Source: Octopus vulgaris
Taxonomy: Eukaryota
Reading direction: 5' to 3'
Assembly (NCBI GenBank): GCA_951406725.2
Contig: OX597817.1
Location: forward strand, 66,216,001-66,280,000
Length of the DNA stretch: 64,000 nt
A model generated the notes under the pieces. That model did no database searches. It saw nothing but the letters and a program-made list of their open reading frames with translations, and was not told where the DNA came from. This document shows positions 27,504 through 39,836 of the stretch, one piece after another; the first letter of the stretch is position 1, and each line of letters begins with the position of its first letter. The position numbers were made by a program, and so were the translations under genes.

Positions 27504-27563
27504 TACCATTTGCTACATCACAGTAGCTACCTGTACCACTTGCTACATCACAGTAGCTACCTG
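27504..27563. repeat. 30-bp tandem duplication
   Basis: tacca(t/c)ttgctacatcacagtagctacctg x2, one mismatch. Confidence 0.9.
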
Positions 27564-28906
27564 TGTTTATAAAAGAACATCTTGAATTTAAGGTATGACG
27601 AGCACTGAAGTAAATGTTACTTCAGTAACTGACTGCCCATCAATCTCTGAAATTTACAGTGCAAAATGAAATACATTGAAAAATTGCTGAAATAGAAGTA
27701 TTACAAGGGTTACATCAATAGCTCAAGCCTGCTTAGCTCACAATAAAGAGACCAGGGCCTTAAAGCTTTAAAAAGAATTGCTTCAGGCCACAAATAAGAA
27801 AGAAGGTAACTGACAGTTTGAAACATTTATGTTATTATAAATACATCTGAAATATATTACAAATTAAGTAAGTTAGATAGACGGATATGGAAAGTAAATG
27901 ATAACTGTTTGAAATATTATAAATATAAATCAGAGAGAGTGAGTTGAAGAGACAGTTAGAGAGAGAGTGAGAAATTATTACATTTATATGAATAGACTTT
28001 TTCCTTTTCTACATTTTGCACTTTAATTTCACTAGAAATCACAGCGGTTATCCTTTAGTTTCACAATAAATTGCACAAGCAACCCTTTTAGCTGCAGCAA
28101 GGAATTCTACTGTTATCTTTTTATTTCAGGAGGAATATTCTCAAGCATGCCATGAGCTACAAAATGGCAATATAAACACTCTAAAATTGACAGTATTATT
28201 AGCTTGCCTTTCAACCTTTCAGATATTAGTAGAAAGGATTACTTCCATTATTTCAAATTCCAGAGTCTGACTTTGCCTCAAGGTCGTTGAAATAAATACC
28301 AGTCAGTGTAATCAACTAGAACTCTCTCCCAAAATTCCAGGCCTTGTGCTTAGAGTAGAAAGGATGATTATTATAGTCTTATCAATTCACATTCTACACA
28401 TATGGCCATGCAGTAAATGTATATAGGCATAACTTGTAAAAGGAAAATGAAATTCTTTAATGTTCATGCCTTAACACGAGTGAAGTGAGCCAGCTATTAC
28501 CAGGAGGAGAAACTGAACTTCTGAGCTGCAGATTTTGCAGTATGATACTCTTAAGCAATGCAAAGATGAAAGTAAAATAAAAACGTAAGTGAAACTACCA
28601 ATTTAGATACAAAGCTCTAGAAATTGTAGGGCCATATGGCAGTCATGTCTTCTTTCTCAAAAACATTCAGCACAATAAAACCAATCCAACTGAGAATCAA
28701 GATGAGACCGATTTCATTTGTAAAAACGATTTATGAATGAAGACAAAAAAATTATTAACAGTAATTTGAATAAGTAACTTGCTGAAAGGACTGAAGGCAA
28801 CATCTATTTAACAGAATAAATCTCCAAAGCCTTGCAGTTTTACTGTCTAAAATAACGATGATGATGAGGTTTTAAACTGGCTGAGAAGTAGGTAAAAGGA
28901 CACAAT

Positions 28907-29058
28907 CTTTTCTACTCTAGGCACAAGGCCCAAAATTTTAGGGAGGGGGCCAGTCAATTAGATCGATTCCAGTTGGCAACTGGTATTTAATTTATTGAAC
29001 CTGAACAGATGAAAGGCAAAGTTGACCTCGGCAGAATTTGAACTCAAAATGTAAAGAC
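28907..29058 (-). mobile_element. Older SINE-like dispersed repeat fragment (related pieces near 2930-3100, 8550-8640, 24840-24980, 28260-28365)
   Basis: Recurrent blocks aggcacaaggcc, atgaaaggcaaagttgacctcggc, atttgaactca seen at several places in both orientations. Confidence 0.6.
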
Positions 29059-29246
29059 ATAATGAAGTAGTAATAACCACAGCATATTATATTAATACAA
29101 TATTGTATTAGTTATAATTAACAAACAGTTATATACTGCTGCCAGTATTATTTCATTACACCCTTTTACATACTTTTCAGCCAATGTAAGACATCATCAT
29201 TTTAGACAGTAAAGCTGCAAGGCTTTGAAGGTTTGTACCGAGTGTA

Positions 29247-29294
<48 letters not shown>

Positions 29295-30413
29295 TTAGGG
29301 TGGAAACAAAGTTCCTGCACAACTTTATATATGCTTATCTATTTACTGATTTACATACATATAAGTATGAACATTTTCATCATTTCAGAGCTAAGTTCCA
29401 AAAATGGTCCAGGAAATGACTCACAAACAGCTATGTACTTTATCAGTGTATGATTACAAGTCCAGCCTAAATCACAACCAAGCATTTGGAGAAGACACAC
29501 TGTTGTCAAACAGTCCACAATGGGTTTAAGAAGTTTCAGTGTGGCCAACTCAATCAATATCCAAGACCAGCTAAGAAGTGGTCAACCCTCACTTAATGAC
29601 AATGATCGTTTGTGTGTCTGTATCAAAGCTGATCCACACCAGACATCATGTAAGCAGGCTGATAAGTTTGGCTTCAGCCAGTTTGCATTATTTAGAGGTA
29701 ATGGGCAAAGTCAGCAAACTGAACGTATGGGCCCCATGTAAACTGACAAACTTTGTCAATGCCACATAGATACCTGCAGGACACTACTGTCCAAGAAGCA
29801 TCGTTTTGATTGGCTGAACAAAGTGGTTACAGAAGATGAGAAATGGTGTCTGTACTCGAACATGATGCAAAAGAAGCTGGACAGACAAGGGTACAACTGC
29901 ACAACCCCAAGCTGACCTGTATGGGATATGAAGAGCGTGATTTAGGGGGAAATGTTGGAATGCAATCAGACCATCAATGCTCAATTGTACCGTCAACAAT
30001 TGCAATGGGTGGCAGACACAATTGCACAAAAACGCCTGGAATTGACTAATTATCATGTTTCTTCATGATAACAACTGACCACATGGAAATTTCACTCGTG
30101 AAAAACTTGAGCTGGAGTGAGAAGTTCTCCCTCATCCAACCTGGCACCAACAGAATACCACCTATTCCAGGCAGTGTAGACCTTCTTGAATGCCAAAGCA
30201 TTCACAACTGATGATGAACTGATAACAGCATTTGGAGACTTCGATAGCAAACCAGTTGAATTTTACAACAAAGGCATCCATGATCTACCCCATCACTGGA
30301 AGCAAGTGACTGAAAATAACAATTATTATATTAATGTTTGATATGTGCTTTTTATTGCATTGCCTCATCGTATATCATTGTTAATAAAAGTTGTGTGAGA
30401 ACTTTGTTTTCAA

Positions 30414-30419
<6 letters not shown>
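29295..30419 (+). mobile_element. Decayed mariner (DD34D-like) transposon, both TIRs present
   Basis: TIRs ttagggtggaaacaaagttcctgcacaacttt / aaagttgtgtgagaactttgttttcaactttta; remnants RSGQPS, VWAPCKL, VTEDEKWCLY, LAPTEYHLF. Confidence 0.88.
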
Positions 30420-30446
<27 letters not shown>

Positions 30447-30448
<2 letters not shown>

Positions 30449-31510
30449 TGAGATTGGTGAATTGTCACCATTTTATATTTTTAATTTCATGCATGCGCAT
30501 TGTTTGTTTTTGATTTTGTCAACTACACAGTATAGTAGGGTCAGTTGGGCACCATCTGTGAGAAAAACAGCACCATGATGCAAATCACTCTGCCACAAAT
30601 TTGGAAACAATATGCTGTACTGCTTGGCATCTGCACCAGAAGCTCCAACACGAACATTTCAGAGTGTCTGGGTGTCAATTTGAGATAAGTGCAGAAGATT
30701 CGGAAAGAGTTGAATGAGTCTAATGCTGATCACAAAATTACGGCAGCTCAGAAAACTCACCGATTGTTCTTATAAGAAAAGAACTCCTGAATTTGTTGGT
30801 GAGATCCAGGCCATGATTGACAATGATCCCTCCAAGTCAATCAGGTCCATTGCCAGGGACATGGGAGTGCCTGAGTTTCTTATCAGGCAGGTAGTGCATG
30901 AAGACATTCGGTATTCCTAATACAAGATGAAAGACCATGCTACAAAGCTTTTGAACAAACTCAAGCATCCTCTCCAACCAAACATGCTTTGGTGTTTCTC
31001 AGATGAGAAAAATTTCAGCCATGATCAGATGGTGAAGACAACAGCTGTTGGTTCGCTGTGTCCCCAAAACATGTACCGAGAGTGATAAAAATCAAACATC
31101 CAATTAACATCATGGTGTTTGGAGTGGTCACTAGTGATGGCAATGTTATGCCTCTATTGACCTTCCCACACAGCCTCAGACTCAACACAGGGGCCTACAC
31201 CAAATGCCTGGAGGAGGTAGTGCTGCTGCTGGAAGACCCTTTGTTTTGCAACAGGACTCTGCACCATGCCAGACAAGCAGTAGAACTTAGTCATGGCTGT
31301 CAGACAATTTCTGCGACCACATCACCCCTAACATCTGACCACTTAACTCCCCACACTGCAACCCTCTTGATTATTTATGTAGGGCGCATTTGAGCAAGAG
31401 AACAACAAAACTCCTTGTAACACTCGAGATGAACTAAAGGCAAGGATTATGGTAGCACACACACCAACTTAAACAAGGAAACAGCCCAGAAGAGTTGCAG
31501 GGGATTCCAG
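30447..31510 (+). mobile_element. Second decayed maT (DD37D-like) transposon
   Basis: Remnants MIDNDPSKSIRSIARDMGV, FSDEKNF, KHPINIMVFGVVTSDG; homologous in protein to 19860-20910 but a distinct family. Confidence 0.85.
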
Positions 31511-32384
31511 TCATTTCTTAACAACTGCAGTTCAGGTTTGATCCCATTGTTTGACACCTTGAACACATATCTTCTATTAGACTTGGGTTGACCAATACTC
31601 TGAATGAAATTTGGGAAATATAAACTTGTGCAGAAGCTTGTCATTTATATGGCCGACTGAGTTATCTCTCATTAAACTAAGGTCAACTTTTATGAACTTA
31701 AAAGTATTATAAGTACTGACATTCATATGACAATTGACTAAAAACTCTTGAAGATATGCCCACATCCTAATTACCAAAACCAAAACGACATATACACAAC
31801 ACACACACGTGTTTTAATCTATTTGTAAAAAAGAAAAAAAATGAACATAAATTAGTTCAAATAGCTAAAAAAAGAATTAAGAAAAGACTAAACACTGCAA
31901 AACAAAAAGAACTAAACTAATTTTATCCCCTAAAAGCCCAGAGATAAAATTATATTCACACTTGTCAAAGTAAGAACCACACACATTATTATATATATAT
32001 ATATATACACATACATATATATATATATATATATAAAGTGAGAGAGAGCTACTTATAGATTTGCAAGGCAGTGGAGTGTTAAGAGAAATAAGGGTGAGGA
32101 GAGAAGAGAACAAAGGAAAGCCACAACATAAACAAAATCAATGGAAGAAGATAAATTGAATTATTAGGTAAGAAAGAAAAGTGAGTAACAAAAGAAAAGC
32201 ACAAACAAAAGGGGTCTAATTGGTAGGCCTTAGGTGTAAAAGTTGATATTGGTGTAATGATCACTTGAACCAGAGGAACTAGGGTTATACATGGGTAGGG
32301 AGGGGAAGATAAAGAAAGAAAAGCAGAAATTGAAAGTATTTTTTTTAAAAATAAAAGTAAAAGACACAGGCAAACCAGTGGTAC

Positions 32385-32417
32385 CTGCCAACTGTTGTAT
32401 TTTTCTGTCTGGTTTCC
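32385..32417 (-). CDS. CAD: Candidate 33-nt CAD linker exon (G)KPDRKIQQLA
   Basis: cccattccag|GGAAACC...TTGGCAG|gtacca; phase 1-1, no stop, preceded by a ~200-nt pyrimidine-rich tract. Confidence 0.55.
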
Positions 32418-32916
32418 CTGGAATGGGTAAATGTCAAAGGTCATCATTATTTTACAGATAAGAATAGAGACAAGGAAATAGGGTAAAAAGGAAAGGGTGA
32501 AAAACAAAAATGGGAGGGAGAAATACAGGAAAAGGGATGGAGAAAGAAACAAAGAAAAAGAACAAAGCAAGAGAAACATTTTAAAATTATAAACAAAATA
32601 AAAATAAAGCTTGAAAATAAATAAAAAAGCATTTAAAGGGACAATTTTCTGATGAGGTGAATGGAATGGAATGGGTAAGATGGTGGGACATAGTTGTGCT
32701 ATCTAGATCCCCACATGTTAATAAGGCTTTTTTTTGTTTGTTTTTGTAGCAGTTGGAAGGTGATCAGACATAATGAAAGTATCACAAACACAATTATCTG
32801 TATGATCTGCCAGTGTCTCCACAAAATTCAAATGCAGTGGAAGTACCATCGTAGCTAACTGCCTTTGATGATCTAGTTAGAGGAACAGAAATGAAGATAC
32901 ACTACTAAATATTTTA

Positions 32917-32919
<3 letters not shown>

Positions 32920-32968
<49 letters not shown>
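32920..32968. repeat. (TG)n microsatellite; other long (TA)n tracts at about 15284-15317, 27308-27348, 30419-30446, 42837-42870
   Basis: Direct reading. Confidence 0.95.
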
Positions 32969-32971
<3 letters not shown>

Positions 32972-33534
32972 CCAACTTATTAATGAAAACAAAATTCTCC
33001 ATAACGATATTAATGGAGATTCAATAGAAAGAAAACTGCTCTCAGTTTAGTGACCTCACTTTGATAGTATCAGTTAATACAATGCACAAACTTTTACACA
33101 CCAAGCATGACAGACATAAATAAAATTAAATACTACGTAGCAGTAAACCAGATAAATTCTCAGAAGATAAGCCAACACCAACTCGCTTCTCCCCTAGCTA
33201 ATCTGAGAAGAAAACCTCAAGATACAATCATTATACCCCCAAATTTTTCATCTCAATCTGTCAACATAGTCTCAAGAAAGGAATTGGTTCCTTGCAGTAA
33301 ACTAACACAAATTCTTACTGCTCATATATACATGCATGTCAATACACAACTTTCCAATTTGTTTAAAAAATAAATATTGGTCTGGTAGTTATCAGGGATA
33401 ATCCAATGGCCAATCAAGGTTAATGATAGAGATGATGATACAAATGCATAGAATAGTATCATATATAACTTGTAGAGTGATGTTAGTACTGAGTAAGTGA
33501 TATTATCAGAGTCATGTTAATGCATGCTCTAGAC

Positions 33535-33702
33535 CAGTGCTCCGCAACCTTTTTTTCACTTGCGGTACACATTCTTTTCAAAATTCGGTGGCCCACCTGA
33601 ACTAAAGAATATATAACTAAAAGTATAGAGGAAAAAATTATATTCAGGTTACACTGCAGCACACCTAGCATCATCCTGTGGTACACTGGTTGCGGAGCAC
33701 TG
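33535..33702. mobile_element. hAT (Charlie-like) MITE (168 bp)
   Basis: Perfect 15-bp TIR cagtgctccgcaacc; 8-bp TSD ctctagac / ctctagat. Confidence 0.9.
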
Positions 33703-34364
33703 CTCTAGATGAGATATTAAACATATTTACAACTTACCTGGTACTAACTGTTTACACATTACCATAGGAAACACTTAGTTTAGTTTTGACAGTAGTTTAT
33801 TGACTAGACATTAAAAGCAGGTTACATGCTGAACTCTTTTCACAAACAGCCAACCTGTAAAAGGTCAATCAGTAAACCCAATCTCTACAAGTGTCATGGG
33901 GATATTTTCATATGCAACCAGTCTGTGAAGATGGTTGAGGGAACCATACAAATTTGGATGATCAACAGATATATCTTGGAAGTTAAGATCCTGAGGAACA
34001 GCCACCAAGTGTTCCTGTGTAAGGTACATAACATCTATTGATCTTTGTCCAGGTAACATGCTCTACACTCTTGTTTTACAGATGAGTGAGTGATTAGCAG
34101 GAAGAGCATCCAGCTATAATAAAGCAACTTGTTTAATAACAATATATAGTATTTAAATTTGCACAACCCATGCTGACATAAACAAAAAGTTGAAAATAAG
34201 AAACCATCCTGCTTCAGTGACTGCTGGGATTAAAACACTACTTAATTCAGCAATTCATGTTATTATTATGAATGTGAGAAAGAGGAAAACTGGTAGAGAG
34301 AGAGAGAAAAAAAAAGGGTGGGGAGAGAAAGGACATCCAGAAAACATTTGCTGTTTTAACTTAC

Positions 34365-34641
34365 CGTGATGATAAACAGTCTGGTGAGATTCATGTGTTG
34401 GTTGTGACATCTTTGGAAGGCCACGACCAGGGAAGGCAAATGGGCCAGGCTGGTTGCTGGCAGCAGTTAGTGTCGTTGATGGAATCATTTTACGGGGGCT
34501 TGTTGGTTCAGATGGCGGCTGTGACAATGATGCCATTGTCGGAATCTGAACAGTCAACTGCTCATTGATTGGTAGTTGATGATTTGATGTCGGTTGTGGT
34601 AATGAGCGAACATCTACACCGAATCCTGGTTGAACCAGAAC
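34365..34641 (-). CDS. CAD: CAD exon (end of DHOase + Pro/Ser/Thr-rich linker): VLVQPGFGVDVRSLP...PTSPRK...TVYHH
   Basis: actcag / gtaagt, 277 nt, phase 0-1; starts with the conserved VLVxPGxGxDVR. Confidence 0.93.
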
Positions 34642-34862
34642 CTGAGTTCAAATTTGGTAGAAAAAAAAAATTCTTAAACACATTCTGGTTACTAAAGGGA
34701 GCATAAATGGATGCGCTGGCATTTATGTTTTGTCCAAGGATATTACCAATAAATGAACTCAATTAACATTGAAAACTGAGCCATGAAGGAAACATCACAG
34801 TGTTTATCAACCGTTCTTTCTGTTTGATGACAGAAAAAATCTGCAGTGATGCTGAAGCATAA

Positions 34863-36090
34863 TCATCATCATCATCATCATTTAACGTCCACTTTCCATG
34901 GGTTGGACGGTTTGACTGAGCACTGGTGAACCAGAGGCTGCACCAAGCTCAATCTGATCCGGCAAAGTTTCTACAGCTGGATGCCTTTCCTAATCCCAAC
35001 CACTCTGAGAGCGTACAGGGTACTTTTATGTGCCACCGGCATGAGGGCCAGTCAGGCAGTTCTGGCAACAACCACGCTCAAAAGGTGTTTTTATGTGCTA
35101 CCTACACAGGAGCCAGTTCAGCGGCACTGGCAACGATCATGCTCGAATGGTGCTTTTCATATGTCACCAGAACAGGAGCCAATCCGAGGCCCTGGCAACG
35201 ATCACGCTCGGATGTGCTTATAACATTTCACAGGCATGAGTGCCAATCAGGTGGTACTGTTATCAGCCACATCAGCGATATTGATTTGTTTACACTTGCC
35301 TTAATAGGTCTTTGCAAGCAAAGTTCATTGTCCAATGAATGAGGGGTATTCATAAGTGGGCTGGTTACACCCCACGTTCGAATGTGCTTTTAACATTCCA
35401 CTGGCACGAGTGCCAATCAGGCAGTACTGTCATCGGCCACGTCAGCGATTTTGATTTTCATTTCGCTTGCCTCAATAGGTCTTTACAAGCAAAGTTTATT
35501 GTCCAATGAATGAAGGGTATCCATAAGTAGGCTTGTTACACCCACTGGCATAGGCCATAGGCTCACTTGGCTTGTTGGATCTTCTCAAGCACAGTATATA
35601 CCCAAAGGTCTCAGTCACTAGTCATTGCCTCGGTAAGGCCCAATGTTCGAAGGTCATGCTTCACCACCTCATCCCAGGTTTTCCTGAGTCTATCTCTTCC
35701 ACAGGTTCCCTCAAATGCTAGGGTGTGACACTTTTTCACACAGCTGTCTTCATTCATTCGCAACACATGACCATACCAGCGCAGACATCTCTCTTGCACA
35801 CCACATCTGATGCTTCTTAAATCCAGGTTTTCTCTCAGGACACTTACACTCTGTGGTGTATGCACACTGACATTACACATCCAGCACAGCACACTGGCTT
35901 AATTCCTTGCAAGCTTATGCATGTCCTCAGCAGTCATGGCCCAGGTTTCACTGTCATGTAGCATGGCTGTTCATACACATGCATCATACAGTCTATCTTT
36001 TACTCTGAGCAAGAGGCCCTTTGTCACCAGCAGAGGTAGGAGCTCTCTGAACTTTGCCCAGGCTATTATTGTTCTAGCAGCTACACTTTC
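34863..36090 (-). mobile_element. 5'-truncated RTE-clade LINE
   Basis: ORF2 C-terminal remnants AWAKFRELLPLL, LRWYGHVLRM, GRDRLRKTWDEVVKHDL; 3' UTR with internal ~60-bp tandem units and a duplicated block; (ATG)n tail at about 34863-34880. Confidence 0.9.
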
Positions 36091-36361
36091 AAAATCAGAA
36101 ACTTTCATAGGATTTGAATATGAAATTGGTATGGAAAACAACTGCATGCTCAAAACAGGATATAATAATGAAGATATTAACTGAGTGATAGTACAATGTA
36201 CATACAGACAGCTAGGTGGACTGAGTAATGCAAAATCAATCTTGGCCATGAATATACGGTACAGCTATTAATCTCTAAGATGGATGATAAGAACCCTATT
36301 TTATCAATCATCTGCATTCGAATGATAGATAGATAGATAGATACAGAGAAAGAATACTCAC

Positions 36362-36577
36362 CTCCCCATCAATATAGGCAATTTCTCCTCTGATCACCAC
36401 ACGACGAACAGCTCCACACACTCTGTGTCCTGCAAATGGAGTCCACTTGCATTTGCTCTGTTTTGGTTGCTTAGGAATTGTATAAAATGTGTCCATATCT
36501 ACCTCCACATATGTGTCAAGCTGATCAGGCAAATTGAAAATTTTCTTTGGGTTGGAGTGCAATCGTAGTATAATATC
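36362..36577 (-). CDS. CAD: CAD exon (DHOase): DIILRLHSNPKKIF...WTPFAG...RGEIAYIDGE
   Basis: tttcag / gtgagt, 216 nt, phase 0-0. Confidence 0.97.
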
Positions 36578-37849
36578 CTGAAAGGTACAAAGCACATCAA
36601 TTGTTTTGAATTACTGTTGCCTCATTAGAAAAGTATGCTGAATTCTCATTGTGTTAAGAAAAACATCTGTTTTCATGGGCCAGTGGGTTTGGAACTACTT
36701 ACGATGGAAAAATTGTATTACAATTAGTTATTTTTTTCAGCTACAAACATATGCAGTATCATGCATGGTATTTTCTCTACCAAGTAACAATGTCATCAAT
36801 TTCAGAGTCAGAAATGCATTAACCTTTTTGATAAAAACCTGCCCGAGACTGCCCTTGGTTCTATTGGTATAAACTTACTTTTTCAAAAGTGATCTAAATT
36901 AAAACTTCCCATTAAAATGCCAGGTTTCCAAATATCTGCTTAATATCAACTATGTTATCTTACTATATTCATTATTTTTAAAATTAATTTTAAGAAAAAC
37001 AGTGTATTTCAGCAGAAATAGGGTAACAAAAGCATTATAGCAATGACTGGCCAAGCAGATACCTTATAGCAAACCCTTATAGCCCACCAAATGCAATATT
37101 AAAAAATCTTATTTTGAAGTGGCAGTTAAATCTGCTTTGTTTATCAGGTCAATTAGCAAAAACTAAATTATGTGCTTTTGACAGAGGTACGCAACAGTGT
37201 TTAGAGTCACAGCTTATTACCAAATGATTGCTGTGTCTCATTCATAAATAAATAATAAAAGTAAGCGAAAAGCCAGGAATGAGGGAAAAATAAGTTATAT
37301 CCCACAGTTTCCCTAAATTTTTTTGTACAACAAAATTCCAACAATGCTTTGTCAGAATTTAAAACTAAAATATAGAAAAAGAGGAGTTAATGCAACAAAA
37401 TCAAACATATTTACTTTCAGTTTTAAGTTATGTAACACTCAACTATGGGATACCAGCATCAATGAATCACATTAATATATTACAATAAAGTGGCCCCTAT
37501 TTTCTAAGTGTGTAAGAGTAGTATATAAATATAAACCAATGACTTATAATTTTCCAGAATGTTAGAGAAATAAATTAATAAACTTCTTTTAAACAGAATA
37601 CCATTTTAATTTGACCCAATATACCACTATAGATTTATAGTCATCCCTTGAACTTAAGCTGGCAATGAAACAATAGAATATAGCACTGCAATATTTAAAC
37701 CATCTTCCAAAGCAAATTCAGTTGTAAGTGCATTCCACAAAGTACCTTATGATATTTGTTCTGGCTTCCTGTGAGGAGTTCAAGCATCACTGAAGTAAAG
37801 TCTGTGTTTCATCTGTCGGTGGTTAATAAAATATAGTACCAGTCTAGGG

Positions 37850-38028
37850 CAGTGGTTTTCAACCAGGGTTCCGAAAGAAGTTACAAAACTGCTAAAATCG
37901 GCAGTGATTTTTAATTCTCCTGTGCAGATATGTGTGCATAAGACTATTAAATTATTGCACAGGGGTTCCTCGAGCCAGTGGAATGTTTCCTTGGGGTTCC
38001 GTTCCAGTAAAAAGTTTGAAAAACACTG
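37850..38028. mobile_element. hAT-type MITE (179 bp) inserted in an older SINE-like repeat
   Basis: TIR cagtggttttcaacc / gtttgaaaaacactg; perfect 8-bp TSD gtctaggg. Confidence 0.88.
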
Positions 38029-38433
38029 GTCTAGGGTAATAGATTGGTATGATATGCCTTGCAATATTTGCTACAATTCTTTATGTTCGAAGTTCATGGT
38101 GGTAGACTTGTAGCCAGATCTAACACTATCACCTTGCCATTAGGTGCCTTTAGCACAGTTTACTATGCTGCAAATATTTGGACCATGTCTCTAGTTTGAG
38201 GATAACTTTCTATCATAATCTGAGAAGCCCTCATAAAATAACAAGATCATGAGGATTCCCTTCTAATGGCTAAGCAGAGGGGGGAAAAACAAGAACACCC
38301 TTCATCAAAATGTTTATAAGGCTTTGTTATTACTTCCTCATTTGAATTTTTTTCAACTAACCTTTCAAGTAACCAAGAGAAAGAAACAATTGAATACTAT
38401 ATTTTAGTTGCTTGTTACACAAAAATCTTTTAC

Positions 38434-38549
38434 CTCAAGAGTGAGTCTTCCATCACTAACAGCTGTCAGTAACAAAGGAAGCATTGTCTCCAGACCTGGA
38501 AAACCTGGTGGTGGTTTTACACTGTCTTTCTCTTCTAAGGTATGTGGTG
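38434..38549 (-). CDS. CAD: CAD exon (DHOase): [39 protein letters not shown]
   Basis: Translated by hand; ttgtag / gtaaaa, 116 nt, phase 1-0. Confidence 0.96.
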
Positions 38550-39634
38550 CTACAAAGAAAAACAACATATTTCAATAGCATTACAGCTGCTGAGATGGTA
38601 ATGAGACACAGAATATGTGACTACACCCACCTCCACTACCATGAAAAAAATTTCTTTGGATCCTGTTTACAACAGACATTATGATTTTGCCCACAAAACA
38701 GCTTTTCAAAATCTTGCCACCCAACTTGTTTCAAAACTTTTCTTTCTAGGAATTTGTTTTTGAATTCCATGCAAAAAAATAAACAGATTAAGGTTCTGGA
38801 AGTGGGGGATCATTTAATATCCCCACCAACATTGTCCAGTTTTGGAAAAACTCCACACCTGTCTGGTTCAAACAACCAGTTATTTTCAAAAGTATCTGTC
38901 TATTTCCATATGCATGAATGCCTAAACTGACAAACATAGCCTTGATGTGGTTTGTTCAATATGCCAGAAATAACCTCCACCTACATATTTTTGACTTCTT
39001 ACCTTTTCCCCCACCCTTAAACTGAATTACAACTAAACACTAACCCCTAACCTAAACTTTAAATCCAAAACCCTTCAGATTCTCAAATGCTTTCTTTTAT
39101 TTTATAAGATTTGGTTATTTTGTAATGTCTGCTGTCATTGCATAACACAAGATTGGCAGGAGAAGGTGCTTTCTTTAACACATGCTCTACTGATATGAAT
39201 GTCTAATGCTGCCCCCATAACAAAAGCATTCTAGCTCTGTTTACACTCCCCAAGATGTAAAAAAGTTAAACATACTGGATAATTCTCGATATACATACAC
39301 ACAGACATGTTTTTTTCTGTTCTATGACATTTAGGTCAGCAATATAGGACTTTAACTTAAAAGTACTGAAGGGAAAGAGAGAGAAATCAAACTATACTTC
39401 AACATCAAGGGAACTTCTGTTTTCAGTTGGTCTGCTAGAAATAACAGCCAAATATCCCTCAAATAATATCCTGCCATTTTAATTAAGGAAAGGCATAAGA
39501 TGAGCCCTACATAACTCTAAAAAAAAAACGAGATGGTCATAGCTGGAATGTGTGATTATAGGATCTGCTTGATCAGGACTGTCTTCTGGCTAAATAACAA
39601 CAAATATATATATAAAAAAAAAAAGATTTCGCAC

Positions 39635-39836
39635 CATGGTCAGTGGCAAAACAGTCCACGACGTCCATGTGATCCCAAAGAGCTTGCTGGTCTTCAGCGG
39701 TCTGCAGTGAAGGTCGTACTTGGCAACGGCCTTCGCCAATTACTTTATTGTCATCAGTGCTCAAGAACAAATGATGTGGGGCAACTTCACAGGTCACTGG
39801 AATACCCATATCTTTTGCAGCTTTGATGATCATGAT
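39635..39836 (-). CDS. CAD: CAD exon (DHOase): [25 protein letters not shown]...DCFATDH
   Basis: ttttag / gtgcga, 202 nt, phase 0-1; catalytic Asp in ATDH. Confidence 0.95.

Noticed and set aside
28501-28549. Strong UGC-containing acceptor followed by a 49-nt segment
   Set aside because: Not frame-preserving and no convincing partner exon.
32079-32579. 166-aa hydrophobic ORF in the track
   Set aside because: Artefact of the pyrimidine-rich intron; Phe/Leu/Ser-rich with no domain.
33738-33743. CAG|gtaagt with a possible 6-nt exon TACCAG in the linker intron
   Set aside because: No pyrimidine tract; longer versions contain stops.
35017-35290. ~60-bp repeated units with variable interiors (CRISPR-like look)
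   Set aside because: Degenerate tandem repeats in a eukaryotic LINE 3' UTR; no unique spacers or cas genes.
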